DNA from: Ancylonema sp.
Lineage: Eukaryota
Assembly (NCBI GenBank): GCA_050230475.1
Contig: JBFLGF010000158.1
Location: 62,001 to 87,726 of the forward strand
Reading direction: 5' to 3'
DNA length: 25,726 nucleotides
The translations under genes were made by a program, and so were the position numbers. The stretch's first letter is position 1. Each line of letters begins with the position of its first letter. The notes below the pieces were generated by a model. The model ran no database searches. It was not told the DNA's origin and saw only the letters and a list, made by a program, of their open reading frames with translations. This document shows positions 1 to 11,841 of this stretch, piece by piece.

Positions 1-1466
1 TGAAGAAGGAGAAGGAGTATCAGTCCAGAAATATGGACCAGATCCAGAAGCACGACCGCGAGCGCGAGCTTCTGCTTGAAGAGCAACTGAAGGGTGCAGC
101 GGAGAAACTGGAGGAAACAAAAAGGATGAAGCAGGAGGAGAAAGAGGACTTGGACGAGGAGATCGCAGTGCAGCGAGATACTATCAATCAATACGTGACC
201 CGAGATCGAGAAATGAATGATGAGCTTGACGCAGCACGAAAGGAGGCGGCCAAGGTACAACAAAGGCCTTGTTGTGCAGAATGAGCTTACAAAGGATATC
301 TGCCTAGCTTTTTGGATGTCCAGATGAGTGCATAAACATGTCTCTGAGATTGACGAAAGCGAGAACGAAGTTGGTTTGTCTGGACACATACCTTACAGCA
401 GGGATATCTTCACAGAGTCCTTCGTTGGGATGTGGGATTTGTAGCAAAAAACCATCCATGCTACACGCCTTGTCCTGTGTCTAACCAAGGACTCACTAAT
501 GTGTGTGCGTGTGTGCGTGGTGCAGTTTCTGAAAGTCGACAGCATAGCAGAGCTGGCGAATTTCTTTCCAGAAGGCGCTACCCGTCTGGGCACTCACCAA
601 AGTGGGTCCTTGGACTCAAGCAAATGGACTCCGGCGTTTAAAAAGAAGTTTGGGGACGAGTGGGAGATCAAGGGAGCCATGGCTCTAAGCAAGTATGGAG
701 ATCTGGTGTACGACGTCCAGGCTGTGTATTTCAAAGTCGTGGTCGATGTGAACGGGAATTCAAAGGTGAGCCTAGCAAGCATGATGAATGACTTTCGGAT
801 GGTGGGGAGTTTATCGTTTGTGGATGGAAATACGTGAGGACTGACTTGCTTGTTTCTATCAGACGTTGACGAGTCTGGCACATAGTACACATTGTACACA
901 TATTGACATCCCTCTCTTTGCAAAACTAGTCCCAGATGCATGAGACTGAAACAGGTACACAGAAGTTAATCATGTGTTATAGCAGTTCCTTGTGGACTCT
1001 CTCAAACTCTCAACATGCCACCTGACGGGAATGGGATCAAGGATCCCCATTTCTCACCAGTATTGGTTGCTTGCAAATGATGCGTTGTGCACCTTCTTGT
1101 GTTGATAAGGAGTGCAGAAACACGAAGAATTGGTGTGTTGTTGACATTTCGACGTGTTTATGGACGTGTTTGCAGTATATGCCTTCTCTTGAGCAAGATA
1201 CAATCAAGGAGATACGAAACAAATTCGGGATGGAGGCAATGGAGGATTTCCTGCGGGCAATTACGGAACAGCTGGACTGTGCGGCGTCGGCCAGTTATCC
1301 TGTTGACATGGCGTGGAACTTGGAGCGGAACCGAAGGGCCACCATCACCGAGGTGGTCCAGTTTGCAAAAACATGTTGCGATGTCCTAGACGAGAAAATG
1401 AAAGACCTAATGTCTCATATTCCACCTGAGGGAAAACGCAAGAGTACAAGGAGAAATGCGAGATGA
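1..1466 (+). CDS. XH-domain / coiled-coil protein, IDN2/FDM-like (copy A; 5' part outside window); exons <1-254, 526-765, 1176-1466
   Basis: Three exons are joined by phase-0 GT-AG introns: AAG|GTACAA at 255 to TGCAG at 525 (CTAAT branch-like site near 496), and AAG|GTGAGC at 766 to TTGCAG at 1175. The spliced product is an E/K-rich coiled coil followed by LGTHQSGSLDSSKWTPAFKKKFG...YFKVVVD..K|...IKEIRNKFGMEA...SASYPVDMAWNLERNRRATITEVVQF...KRKSTRR*. This matches the XH consensus (IGxKRMGELD...FK...SGRY...ELWN...RKATLxEG) plus a basic C-terminal tail. No internal stops. Confidence 0.8.
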
Positions 1467-1890
1467 GGCACCTGGTGTGTAGGTCTTTCCTTACCTCTAC
1501 TTCAAAAACCATGCAAGTAGTTATGTGGTGGTTGCGTGTAGTGCAATGGTATTTGTACACTGGCGGCCCTCGTCTTTGTTGTGAGATACTTTTTTGTGAG
1601 ATAGAAATTATGTCATGTATCTTGTCATTCATAAGTGCGTTTCTACTTTCGTGATGCGTACCGTCAGAAAGACAAGCATGGCCTAAATAGTGGGACAATC
1701 CTTTCCACATCCGTGGGAAGAAATGCGCGGCATTCAGATAACACTAGTCATTGTTGCACGCAATGTTGAGAGTATCGATGGGATTGAATATTTGGGAATG
1801 CTATGGATATTAGAAAGCCATTTATTTGTGGTACACGAATGCCGATAAACTCCATTTGCGTTTGCATGAAAACACATGCCGTGACACCCA
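1467..1890 (+). repeat. 3' flank of copy A, homologous to the 3' flank of copy C (17569-18040)
   Basis: Colinear shared blocks (GGCACCTGG, ACCATGCAAGTA, TGGTGGTTGCGTGTAGTGCAATGG, TACTTTCGTGAT, TGCCGTGACA) occur downstream of both stop codons. Confidence 0.8.
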
Positions 1891-2708
1891 AATTTAGAAA
1901 CTACCAAAATCAACGATAGGTTGAAAATCTTGCGTCTAATGATGACGACGACACCACGTTATCACAATGTTTGGGAGCATCACGACATTAACTCTCATTT
2001 CAATTGGTCCTCGCCACTTGTCATCGCTGTTTTAGTTATACCGTAATACTTGGGGTTTTAATTGGCACACGATGGTCGAATGTATTATGTTTTCTCGAGA
2101 AGTCGGATCAAGTACGAGCTCCATCCACCCGCCTAAAGTAATCAGAGGTGTCTCAAGGAAGAGTCGAACTTGCATAGAAGAGAGACATATTTTGAAGCAA
2201 AGAGTGCCTAAGGGCGACTTGCGACATTTATGCGCTTTGAGGAAGCCACTAGACGATAAGTTGTTGGATCAGGCTCGCTTTCTCATACTCTTCTCAAAAT
2301 GAATGTTGACACTGCAAGGAGGCTCTTCTTTCATCACCTATCCATCTTTTGTGTGGGCATTGCGGCGACAAATTAGGACAGGATGAATGACTTCTACGAT
2401 TCAGCTTTCCAGGCCGAGCAAAAATCTTAGAAAAGTTCCTCGTATTTCCAACATTAAGACCCCGAATTCCTCCCCTACCTTGAGCAACTACCGACAAAAG
2501 TTGTCGGTGTAACGCAGACGAAATAACATGGCGAATTCCTTGTGGGTTTGTCCATACCACTCACCAACATCTATCGATGTTCTGAAAACCACGGAACACT
2601 AAAAACCTTCACACCGAGGTTAGAGCGAAAATCTCAGGTTTTCCGGGTCGTTTGTTCGAGATTCTTCCGGTCCAACACCGAGAGGCGAATTTAAATCCGT
2701 ACAAACTG

Positions 2709-3052
2709 ATCCCGGTACAAAATCACGTGGTATGTCATTTCCATGTCAATTCACGCGCAAACGACAATGGCGACAACGACGATATTCGCAATTACGTTCT
2801 GATTACCATTCGACCGGAACTTCCCCCAACATACAGCTCATGTTGTTCATTCATCTCATATTGCAACGTGTACGTCATCGAGGTCATCTATCATCTGTTT
2901 CCACATAAATGTTCGAAACGAGCCGTATGTTGGGGGACGCTCCAGTCAAGTTGTGATCAGAACGTAGTGGTGAATATCGTCATTTTCGCCGTCGTCGTTT
3001 GCATGTGAACTGATATGAATAAGTGAACCGCCACGTGACTTTGTATCGGGAT
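2709..3052. mobile_element. Fold-back / MITE-like inverted repeat (~130-bp arms, ~80-bp spacer)
   Basis: 2709-2840 (ATCCCGGTACAAAATCACGTGG...CAAACGAC...GACGATATTC...TACGTTCTGAT...TCCCCCAACATACAGCTC) matches the reverse complement of 2920-3052 along its whole length, mostly with transition mismatches. No TSD identified. Confidence 0.75.
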
Positions 3053-3369
3053 TTTTTTTTCCAGAGTTCTTGGCGGTACTGATGCCATGCGTTCGATGTC
3101 GTCGAGACTACAAGTAGACGTCTATTCCCACGCGCGATTTTGAAGTACTCAGGATTAGACACATCACATCAGGTGTATCAGATATATGTGCCCCGCTGTT
3201 ATCAGAGACGAAAGAGACGAGAATACGAGAGACGTGACTGGGAACAAATATCATAATATCAACAGACGGAAGGCAAATAGGCAAATTGGCAAACTGGCGA
3301 AGTGGTAGTAGTGCCTTTGTTCATAACTCCCATCCGCTGCTGATATAAAAATCACCTGCATACTTGAGA

Positions 3370-4931
3370 GGACCGAGCGATATCCGGATACAAAAATGCA
3401 GTATGACCGTCTCGTCGAAAATTACGTGAAAGCTCGAGTGGAGATTGAGAATTTGAAGAAAGTTGTCGAGTCTTAAAATGATACGATCAACTAGCACACT
3501 GTTCCGGTAGGCGCAGCGCGGAATGTTTCTATGGAGCTTGCTTGTCATCTGAATATTTGAACATCAGATTTGCGAGAATAATGATTTATTGAACAAGTAT
3601 GTTTTGTATGTATTTCCAATGGCTCCTTCACCATTGCGATTAGCTATACTTGTTGTTTCTATTTGTATGCTCAAAGAACTGCGCATGTGATTTGGTGAGA
3701 TGCAGAGTGAAACGGTGCAGCCAGAGCGTGAGCGCGAGCTTCTTGTGGAAAAGCAAAAGGGTTTGGAGGAAGATCTGGAGGATAAGATGAATACTATCAA
3801 CGTTTATATGACCCGATATCTATAATTTACGGATGAGCGCAACAGCGCAAACAAGAAGGCCGTGGAGGTACGTTGAGGACCTTATTTTGTTCATTGAACA
3901 CACATGTGTGGTATTTGTGGCTACAGGGTATCTAGAAAATACAGTTAATTCTTCGTACAACGAGTGACGACATTGTGTTTGGTGTTTACTCGACAGCCAT
4001 ACTTTCCTCGCGCAATTTCTCGATCGGGATGAAATGTATGAGTCTGAACTATATCATCAACAATAACAAGTGTGTCTCCATTCATACAAACTTCTGAAGA
4101 TATCCTCACGATGGAGTCTTACCGCGTGAGGTGCAGTTCCTTGCCAACAAAAGCATTATGAGTCTGGTTCGTTCTTTCCCGGAAGACGCTACTCGTCCTC
4201 GTACTCATCGAAGCGGGGATTTGGACCCAAGCAAATGGAATCCAGCATTCCAAATGAAGTATGGGCATGGCTGGAAGACGTTTGGAACTACAGCTTTTGG
4301 AAAGTACCAGCAATCAATATACGACGTCGAGCAAAAATATTTCAAAGTCGAAGTCGTGAAGGGGGTAGCTAAGGTGAGAGAAACATGCATGAAGAGTGAG
4401 ATGATGGAAAGTGGTGCGGGATGTATCGGTTGTGGGAGAAGGGGTTTAAGGACAGGTGACATACGATTAAAGTCTACAAAATGAAAAGTTCAAAGAAACT
4501 TCAAGGTCTTAGTTACATGACATCGTTATCCGTCACATGTGGTGCCCTGGTCTTCTCTCCGTGATACTTATGATGTCAAAATGGGAAACACATAATATCC
4601 GGCTTATGGCTGATACCTTTAAATTTGCACTTGTCTACAGAGAGTAGCTTGTCGCGAGCAAGCGACTGTCAAGGCGATACGATATGATTTCGGAGAGGAA
4701 GCGATGGAGGATTTTCTTCGGGCGAATCTGGAGCACTTGGAAGTAGCGGCTTCCTCCAGCCACGCCATCAACATGGCGTGGAACTCGGTACTAAATCGCA
4801 TCGCGACAATTGGTGAGATGCTCCAGTTCACCACCACATGTTGTAGTGTGCTCGCCGAGCAGAACAAAGCGCTCAAAGCGAAGGATTCACCCATACTGAA
4901 GCGCAAGAGAACCAAGATTGTAAAAATGTGA
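3370..4931 (+). pseudogene. IDN2/FDM-like copy B; coiled-coil exons ~3370-3506 and 3706-3867, XH exons 4137-4373 and 4641-4931
   Basis: Same phase-0 splice positions as copy A (GAG|GTACGT 3868, TGCAG 4136, AAG|GTGAGA 4374, CTACAG 4640). The XH exons are open (HRSGDLDPSKW...YFKV; MAWNSVLNRIATIGEMLQF; TGA end). Upstream exons carry TAA 3474, TAG 3492, TAA 3823 and an apparent -1 slip in the A-run at 3392-3396. No XS domain was seen upstream. Confidence 0.7.
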
Positions 4932-5505
4932 GAACAAGTGAGGATGCTTTTCACGTGCGCCAATCTTGAGGATGGACCAGAGAGGGGGGCTCCGTCTTGA
5001 TGGTCACCATCGATGCCAATCGATGTCTTTAATGCATCTCGCTAGTGTACGTGGCCACGAAATTTGATATTGTTTTCACCAACTTCTTGTCGGAAATAAT
5101 CGGGTGTACTAGAATGCCGTAGCATTAGGCTCTCTGAGGATTGGTGTGTGGGTGCATAGTACCTATACTTTGAAACCCATCAAAATCATGAGGAATACTT
5201 TGGTTGTTCCATTTTCCTTTCAACTCTCATCTTTGTTAGAAACGGAAGAACAATGTGACGATACATGGCTAATCTACTCTGATTTTGCCATGTGCCTCTT
5301 GACTTTGGTTATTTATATTTCAAGAAATTGTAAATTTGGCGTAAATAGTGTAGAAAGCCCACCTTACATCCGTGTTATTTGAATATAAATGTCACTAAAT
5401 CCACTTTGCATACGATTCACATAGAAGTGAAAAGCGAAAGTGAATAGTAGTGAAAATGAAAAGTAGTGTAAGGGAGTTGAATTGCGAATCCGCATCATGC
5501 AATAC

Positions 5506-5646
5506 TTGTTAGCCGTGATTTAGTTGCGTTAATCCAACACAACCGCCCTTCTATTTCCCTCTATCGATACGGTTAAAGACAACAAGCCCATCTTAATACA
5601 AACAACGGAGTTTTTCGACACAACCTCGATTGCAATCACTTCATGG
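5506..5646 (+). repeat. Diverged dispersed repeat, second copy at 8798-8945
   Basis: Colinear motifs GTGATT, ATCCAACACAA-x-CCCTT, GACAA-x-AGCCC, ACCTC-ATT and TTCATGG appear in both places in the same orientation. Confidence 0.55.
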
Positions 5647-5905
5647 CTTTTCATGGGAATCACTTCATGGCACTTCACTGCATTGCAATGTGATTGTGTT
5701 GTGTCTACATGAAGCCACCTTCTCATTTTTTGGGTTTCGTAAACATGACACATATACTTTTTTCCCCCGATGGAATACTGAGGATACATACTAACGACAC
5801 CAATAACACGAGAATCACGCGCAGTAGCGTTTTTGCCTTTCATTAGCCTTCTTGGCAAGCATGATCTGCCGATGTGTCGAAAAGGTTCCAAGAAAGATGG
5901 GTGCA

Positions 5906-6913
5906 TGATGTTGTATCGACCAGAATGGTGAAGAAAACGATTGTAAGTACGGAGTACAAAGATATTATCAACTACGCATCGCGCTTATTTTGTTATCATC
6001 TTTGTAAGATGTAGCTTAGCCGAAGATGCGGAAGTAAAAAATAGAAGCGTTTTAAAGGCAAAATATCGAGACATGTCCCAAATTGCAAGTGGGAAGCCAG
6101 GTGCACAAAAATTAAAGGTGTGTTTTATTTTATGTATCTCACCTCCGTATTAAAAAATAAAAAAAATAAAAAAAAAGTGGGAAGCAAGGTGAAACGTCGA
6201 TGAAATATCGACAATAGCGGCAACATCGATATTATAACTTAAATTTGTATTCATGATTCATGAAGTGTGAACTAGTGTGATGGGTTCAATCAGTCGATTA
6301 ATAGAGGATGAGTATAATGACATGGCGACAACGATCACACGTGAAGTGGACTCTCATGAACCTTTGTCATGTATTCTAACATCGTTCGAGTAAACCCCCG
6401 GTCAAACTGATGTTGTATCGACCAGAATGGTGAAGAAAACGATTGTAAGTACGGAGTACAAAGATATTATCAACTACGCATCGCGCTTATTTTGTTATCA
6501 TCTTTGTAAGATGTAGCTTAGCCGAAGATGCGGAAGTAAAAAATAGAAGCGTTTTAAAGGCAAAATATCGAGACATGTCCCAAATTGCAAGTGGGAAGCC
6601 AGGTGCACAAAAATTAAAGGTGTGTTTTATTTTATGTATCTCACCTCCGTATTAAAAAATAAAAAAAATAAAAAAAAAGTGGGAAGCAAGGTGAAACGTC
6701 GATGAAATATCGACAATAGCGGCAACATCGATATTATAACTTAAATTTGTATTCATGATTCATGAAGTGTGAACTAGTGTGATGGGTTCAATCAGTCGAT
6801 TAATAGAGGATGAGTATAATGACATGGCGACAACGATCACACGTGAAGTGGACTCTCATGAACCTTTGTCATGTATTCTAACATCGTTCGAGTAAACCCC
6901 CGGTCAAACTGAT
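5906..6913 (+). repeat. 502-bp direct tandem duplication (5906-6407, 6408-6909) with TGAT junction microhomology
   Basis: Both units start TGATGTTGTATCGACCAGAATGG and end ...CCCCCGGTCAAAC. No differences were found by eye, even in the A-runs. A third TGAT lies at 6910-6913. Confidence 0.95.
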
Positions 6914-7066
6914 CGGCATCAGATTGTCGCTTTATATTCTAGGTTGCTCTACTGGACATATCCTGCGTAAAGACTTTCTGAAACATATCAAAATTTAGAA
7001 ATACAATGAGTATCTCGATGCATGAAGACTACAATTGTGAACATGAATTCAGGAGGTGACACGCAG

Positions 7067-7159
7067 GAATATATTTTGAAGACGAGAAAATATATTCTAT
7101 CAAGACTTTGGAGAATGGACCAAACTAAGATGCACGAGAGCGAGCCTGAGCACAAGGAT
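7067..7159 (+). pseudogene. Isolated phase-0 exon similar to the family coiled-coil exon
   Basis: CGCAG|GAA...GAT|GTAAGC encodes EYILKTRKYILSRLWRMDQTKMHESEPEHKD, compared with copy A YQSRNMDQIQKHDRERE. Confidence 0.4.
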
Positions 7160-7473
7160 GTAAGCATGGTGTGTTCGCTTATACGTATATATATTTGAGA
7201 CGTCCGTCCATTGTGTAGAGCTTACATTTGCATAATTTAATTCCTAGAGAAGAATGATAGTGGATGACGTTCTATATTTCAAACATATATCAACCAGGGA
7301 TCAAAACGTGGATACTGAAGTATACTGTCGTGAATGCATGTAACATGTGGGTCATTCGATAGTTTCACATGTGAGAGGATTTTTTATTCAGTCCTGAATC
7401 AGGATCAGGAAGTAAGTGATCCCCGGCATGTGTTATGTGTTCATTGGCACTCCTACGCGTCTGGCTGGTTCAG

Positions 7474-8068
7474 GACACTATATTTGCATACCCTTGGAAG
7501 GCCATTGTTTGCGATATACCGACCAAGTACTACACCGACAGCACTCGCGACTCGCCAGCGAATTAAAGACTCCTCTCCCATTTCAATAGACCCAACCAGA
7601 GGGACCAACCAAAGACAGATTTCCAAGTGGAGGATATTTTCGTGGTGTACAGTACGTGTCATTCCTTATTGACCATGATGCTCACCAGTCTCGCGATTCG
7701 TGTCACAACATAAACTCCGGTTTGTCTCGCAAGAACTCTTTGACACGGCCTCGGTGCTTGCATTCCGGTCCGTGACTACATGTGGCGTCTTGCCCCGTTT
7801 GTATGCAGCCTACGATGACTTTCCAAATATGGCCATAGTTAAGTTCTCCAAGGGGATAGAGGGATGGGGTCATGCGTGCACGTTTGAACGGATCTTTCGA
7901 GGACGATATAACGGGAGGGAAGACTCGAAGCGCGCTCTCAGAGACTCTGAGATGTATGCCCGGCTTCTCACCAAAGAGGACATGGATTACCGGGTTCGAA
8001 GCCGGGCATGGCCCCAAAGGCTGTAGGACTATTTTGAGAGGAACAAGGAAACAGAAACATTGGTCGAG
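7474..8068 (+). pseudogene. XS domain (SGS3/IDN2-type RNA-binding), exons 7474-7651 and 7809-8068; probable 5' part of copy C
   Basis: Splicing TTCAG|7474, the phase-1 intron 7652-7808 (GTACGT...TGCAG) and GAG|GTAAGC at 8069 gives DTIFAYPWKAIVCDIPTK...PAN*RLLSHF...DFQVEDIFVVYTYDDFPNMAIVKFSKGIEGWGHACTFERIF...GRED...MYARLLTKEDMD...RL*DYFERNKETETLVE. This matches XS motifs (xVxPWxGIVxNIPT; AIVEFxKxWxG; LYGWxAxxDD; YLRKNxDLKTxxE). In-frame TAA at 7564 and TAG at 8024. Confidence 0.75.
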
Positions 8069-8919
8069 GTAAGCGTGGAGCCGTGTTGTTTTCAACACAA
8101 AGACTTTATTGGAATGCCGAAACCTTGTTTTTTTGAGGTGGTCAACCTTGATTTGGTGTATTACACTTTTTAAAAAATACGGTGACTAATATGATTGTTC
8201 CACCTTATACATATGAATATATTTTTGTGGTACATGATTTTTTTTTCGAGGTTCTATTATAAATCGCTTTTTTATTCATCTCGATGATCGCTACGTGGTG
8301 TGAAATGGTAGCTAATGTCTCACGGCTACTTTCCCCTTCAAAAACGATACCTGGCCGTAGTGTATTTTGTTATCATTGCTGACGTGTTGCAAGAATAATT
8401 GACATCAAATCTATGCAGGCACGTGCGGAAGAGAAAAAGAGGAAAATCCAGAAAAGAGAGAGAAGTTGTTGACAAAATATGTGTACCATAATGACATGGT
8501 ATTAGTCTGTTAAAGATGATTGGTGAGTAGGTCACTACTTCGAAACCAATGTCATGGGATGCGCTTTATTAGTGTACTGTTATGTTACAAACGGAAAGCA
8601 TACGTCATAAATTTACTATGTGCCTTGTGATTCCATTTATTTGTATTTCGGGAAGACTGGCCTAATTGAATAGGATCACCCATTCAGTTTCCTTTTAACC
8701 TCAATCCAAATGCGACACAAAATCAATGCAATCCACTCAAAAGTAGAGGGCACATAAGTTGATCTGCTCATGCGCGTCGTGCATTATTGGTAAGTCATTG
8801 TTTAGTTGTGATTAGGTGATGATCCAACACAAACACCCTTACGTTGTGCACCTACTCGACGTCGTAGGCGACAAGGAGCCCGAACTATCACACAACACAC
8901 ACTAAAAAGTACTTTGACA

Positions 8920-8987
8920 ATACCTCAATTTACATTTATTCATGGAAAGCCGATACCTCAATTCACATTAATTCATGGAAAGCCGAT
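8920..8987 (+). repeat. 33-bp tandem duplication
   Basis: ATACCTCAATT(T/C)ACATT(T/A)ATTCATGGAAAGCCG x2. Confidence 0.9.
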
Positions 8988-9078
8988 GTAAGGATGCGAT
9001 ATGTATTCGTTAATAGGTTTGACAAAAAAATTCATGCCGCGGTTAGTCAATTCGTTGGCGTACTGCTGACGACATTGA

Positions 9079-11790
9079 GAATTAGGCGTCGAAGGGACAG
9101 CAAATCAAACACTCAATCAATACGGAGTCCTGAAGAGAGACTGCAAATATCAGAGGGTGACAGTAACGCCAGACCAAGAGCGACGAATTTTGCTCGGGAG
9201 GATTAACCCGCACTATTAGCAAATCAAGACAAAATATCAGCTCGCCGACGTGAAACCAACCATTGAGAAAATCGAACAGTCGATGAGAGATTTGGATTCA
9301 GAGTTCCGGGAGAAGAAAGACACGCAGTCGAAAGTGGAGGGAGCTGCACACCAAGCTGAGATGGAGGCGTCTTGGAACCAACGAACCGCTCGCGGTCGCA
9401 GAGAAGACACTCGTCGGGAGGATCGACGAGGCGGTGGAAGAAGTGGAGGAGCAGGACCCGGCAGGACGGGAACCTTCATATGTTACTGCTGTGGCCAACC
9501 CGGACACGTGGCAAGGAACTATAACCTGCGAAACAGCCAGTGGCACCACTGTGGGAGGACATGGCACATGGAGATTGCGTGCACCGATAAACGGAATGGG
9601 GTGCCAGCAAAAAATGAACGTCGACGACATAACGACAACTACGAGCAAGGAAGCAGCAGCTGACAATAATCGGGAAGAGGAGCAAAAGCGCAACAATTCG
9701 AAGAAGAGAAGAGACTCGGTCAGCATGTACGAAGGGTACATGCTGACCGAGTCGGAGGCGGAGAGAGTCCCGGAAGAATCAACAATCTCCGAGGCAATTC
9801 AATCCAAGAACATTATTCCGGGTGGGATGCTTTGACGTCAGAGTGAAAAGAAAGGAAAGCGCTGGCTCCTGGACTCAGGGTCCACTCATCACATCTGCAC
9901 AGTAGTCAGCTCGTTCCAGAGTTTGGAGTGTGCGGAGAAAGAGATAGTGTTGCGCTTCATGGCAGGCATAATAAGGGTCACTCACGTGGGGTCACTTGTG
10001 CTGGAGCTCGATGGGGAGTTCGGAAAAATGGTAACCCACATGTGTGGGGTGCTTTACATCCCAGGCGGAAGTGTCAATCTTCTGTCCACACATAATCTGA
10101 TGGCAAGCAGAGTTCTCCCCCTCTACCATCTGCAACATGGCAAGGTGATCTTCAGCCGCGCATGGAGCCTCGACGTGGAACAGGCACGAGTCGTCAACGA
10201 CAAGATGTACCAGCTCGCCACGGCAACATTGGATAACAACTTCAGGGCTTATCTGGACGAGGGAATATGCCACACGAAGGAGTTCAAAGGGAGAAGTCAT
10301 CCGTATGTGCACAGTGATTTGTGTGGCAAGAAGTCACTTGAAAAGAAGTGCATCCTTGGATGGGGATCGGAGGGATGGAGAGTGGCAAAAAGAGCATACG
10401 CTAAGGGGCACCTCGACCCAATTCCAGCTTGGAAGGGTGTGCCAGGAGAAGTGAGGCATAGGATCATGACAGGATACGTAAATGAGGAGTGAGAAATCAT
10501 GATGTTCAGCCACCTGAGTGAGATCAGCAGCAGCAGAGATGCACCCGACCATTCAATCCAACGAACACAGTGCAAAGACGCATCAGCCATGATTCAGAGG
10601 CCGGGAAGAAAAGAGGACATCGATGAACGAGTGGGAAGGGATTTCCGCATCATCAACGAAAGCCAGGTAGCCACGAAGGACGTCGGGGAAGCAAACCAGG
10701 AAGTTGAGTCGTCTCGAAAGGTGAAGCAAGAGGAGGAAGATTTACCTAAATTTGTGGACGAGAGTCAAGAGGAACGAGAAGAAGAGGAAGCGGCAAAGAA
10801 GAGACGCGTACGATAACTCCTCGAAAAGTGGGAAGCTTTGCAAATCCATCGAAAGGTGCTTGGGATCGTCCACATCCCACGAAGGAGCAAGACAATTGAT
10901 GAAGAGCGCAGGCTGAGGGCATCGATAAAGGAAGCAGAAATGGCAGTGAAGCACACTGGAAAGATCAAGTCTCCGGGAGGCAGAATGTGCTCTCTACATG
11001 TTCCAGAGCGAGTGGCGAGAATCGGCAGGAATGTCGAAAACGGCTAGGATCCAGAGGATATAAAAAACAAGAACAACGAGAGCGATGAGGGATTTGGAAT
11101 ATACATCGACGAGTAGGAACATTATGTATTTTGATGAGAATGAGGAAGAGAAGGGATAAAAGCAAGTGACATAATGACAAAGGCAGGAAGTGAGAATGAG
11201 AAGTGGGTGAGAGAGTACAATCTAAAGAGTACATATGTTTGAAATAAAAAGACAAGCAATTTGTTTGAGAAAAAGGGGATGTCAAAAATTCCATGTTTTG
11301 TACAATTAAAAATAAAAAGGGGGGAAGTAAGGGAGTATGGGATGGCAGCATTAGGGGGTGTATGATGATTGAGACATTCAGACAAAAGACAATAATAGGG
11401 TGTGAAGCATTGGGGAGATGTATGCATTTTCAATTAGGGGGTGTGTAAGAATGTAATTGTAAATGCATGATGCATGAGATTCTTAGTAATTGTTAGGGGT
11501 TGATAATTGAGTAAGCAATACAAGATCATGATATCGATAAACAAGGAAAATCGACAATAATTTAGAAATGCATATAATCGGGCATCGATACAAATTGTAT
11601 TGTCACATGTTGAGATAGTGACGTAAAGGGGGGAATATATAAAGACAAGGATGACTAGACATAGACCACAGATTGACTAGGATGGCGGCGCCGCAATACT
11701 ATCTGGCTCGCTAGGAAGTTATAAAAGATCTTGTACTCACAAGAGATAAAGCCGACTTGGCTGAAATCTCAAAACTAATTACTTCTAACA
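9079..11790 (+). mobile_element. Degenerate, internally deleted Ty1/copia LTR retrotransposon (gag, protease, integrase remnants, PPT, 3' LTR)
   Basis: Gag-like frame (ILLGRINPHY*...) and a degenerate double zinc knuckle CYCCGQPGHVARNY...HCGRTWHMEIAC (9481-9582). Copia protease motif WLLDSGSTHHIC (9863-9898), NLLS motif, and integrase-start VHSDLCG (10307-10327). No RT or RNase H motifs were seen. Stops at 9217, 9833, 10490, 10814 and 11045, plus a frameshift near 9660. PPT TTAGGGGGTG precedes 11444. Confidence 0.85.
11444..11790 (+). repeat. Putative 3' LTR (347 bp)
   Basis: Follows the PPT directly. TGTAAGAA...TTCTAACA termini form a TG...CA, 7/8 inverted match. TATA-like ATATATAAA lies near 11635. 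No matching 5' LTR or TSD was found. Confidence 0.65.
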
Positions 11791-11841
11791 TCTTGAATTT
11801 CTCCATCGATAGCAACGCAACTAAAGAGTATTTGTAAGAGT

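Noticed and set aside
2072..2560. Short ORFs on both strands between copies A and B
   Set aside because: Multiple stops, no recognisable motif, and no XS similarity.
594..4963. Minus-strand ORFs 594-941, 4205-4462 and 4619-4963, which resemble each other or overlap paralogs
   Set aside because: They are antisense shadows of the + strand XH exons.
7700..7808. N-terminal third of ORF 7700-8026 as coding
   Set aside because: The XS alignment is gap-free only if 7652-7808 is spliced out as an intron.
8987..8996. TGTAAGGATG as the start of the copia 5' LTR
   Set aside because: Only ~10 bp resemble the 3' LTR start. The following sequence does not align, no PBS was seen, and the flanking 5-mers (GCCGA vs TCTTG) are not a TSD.
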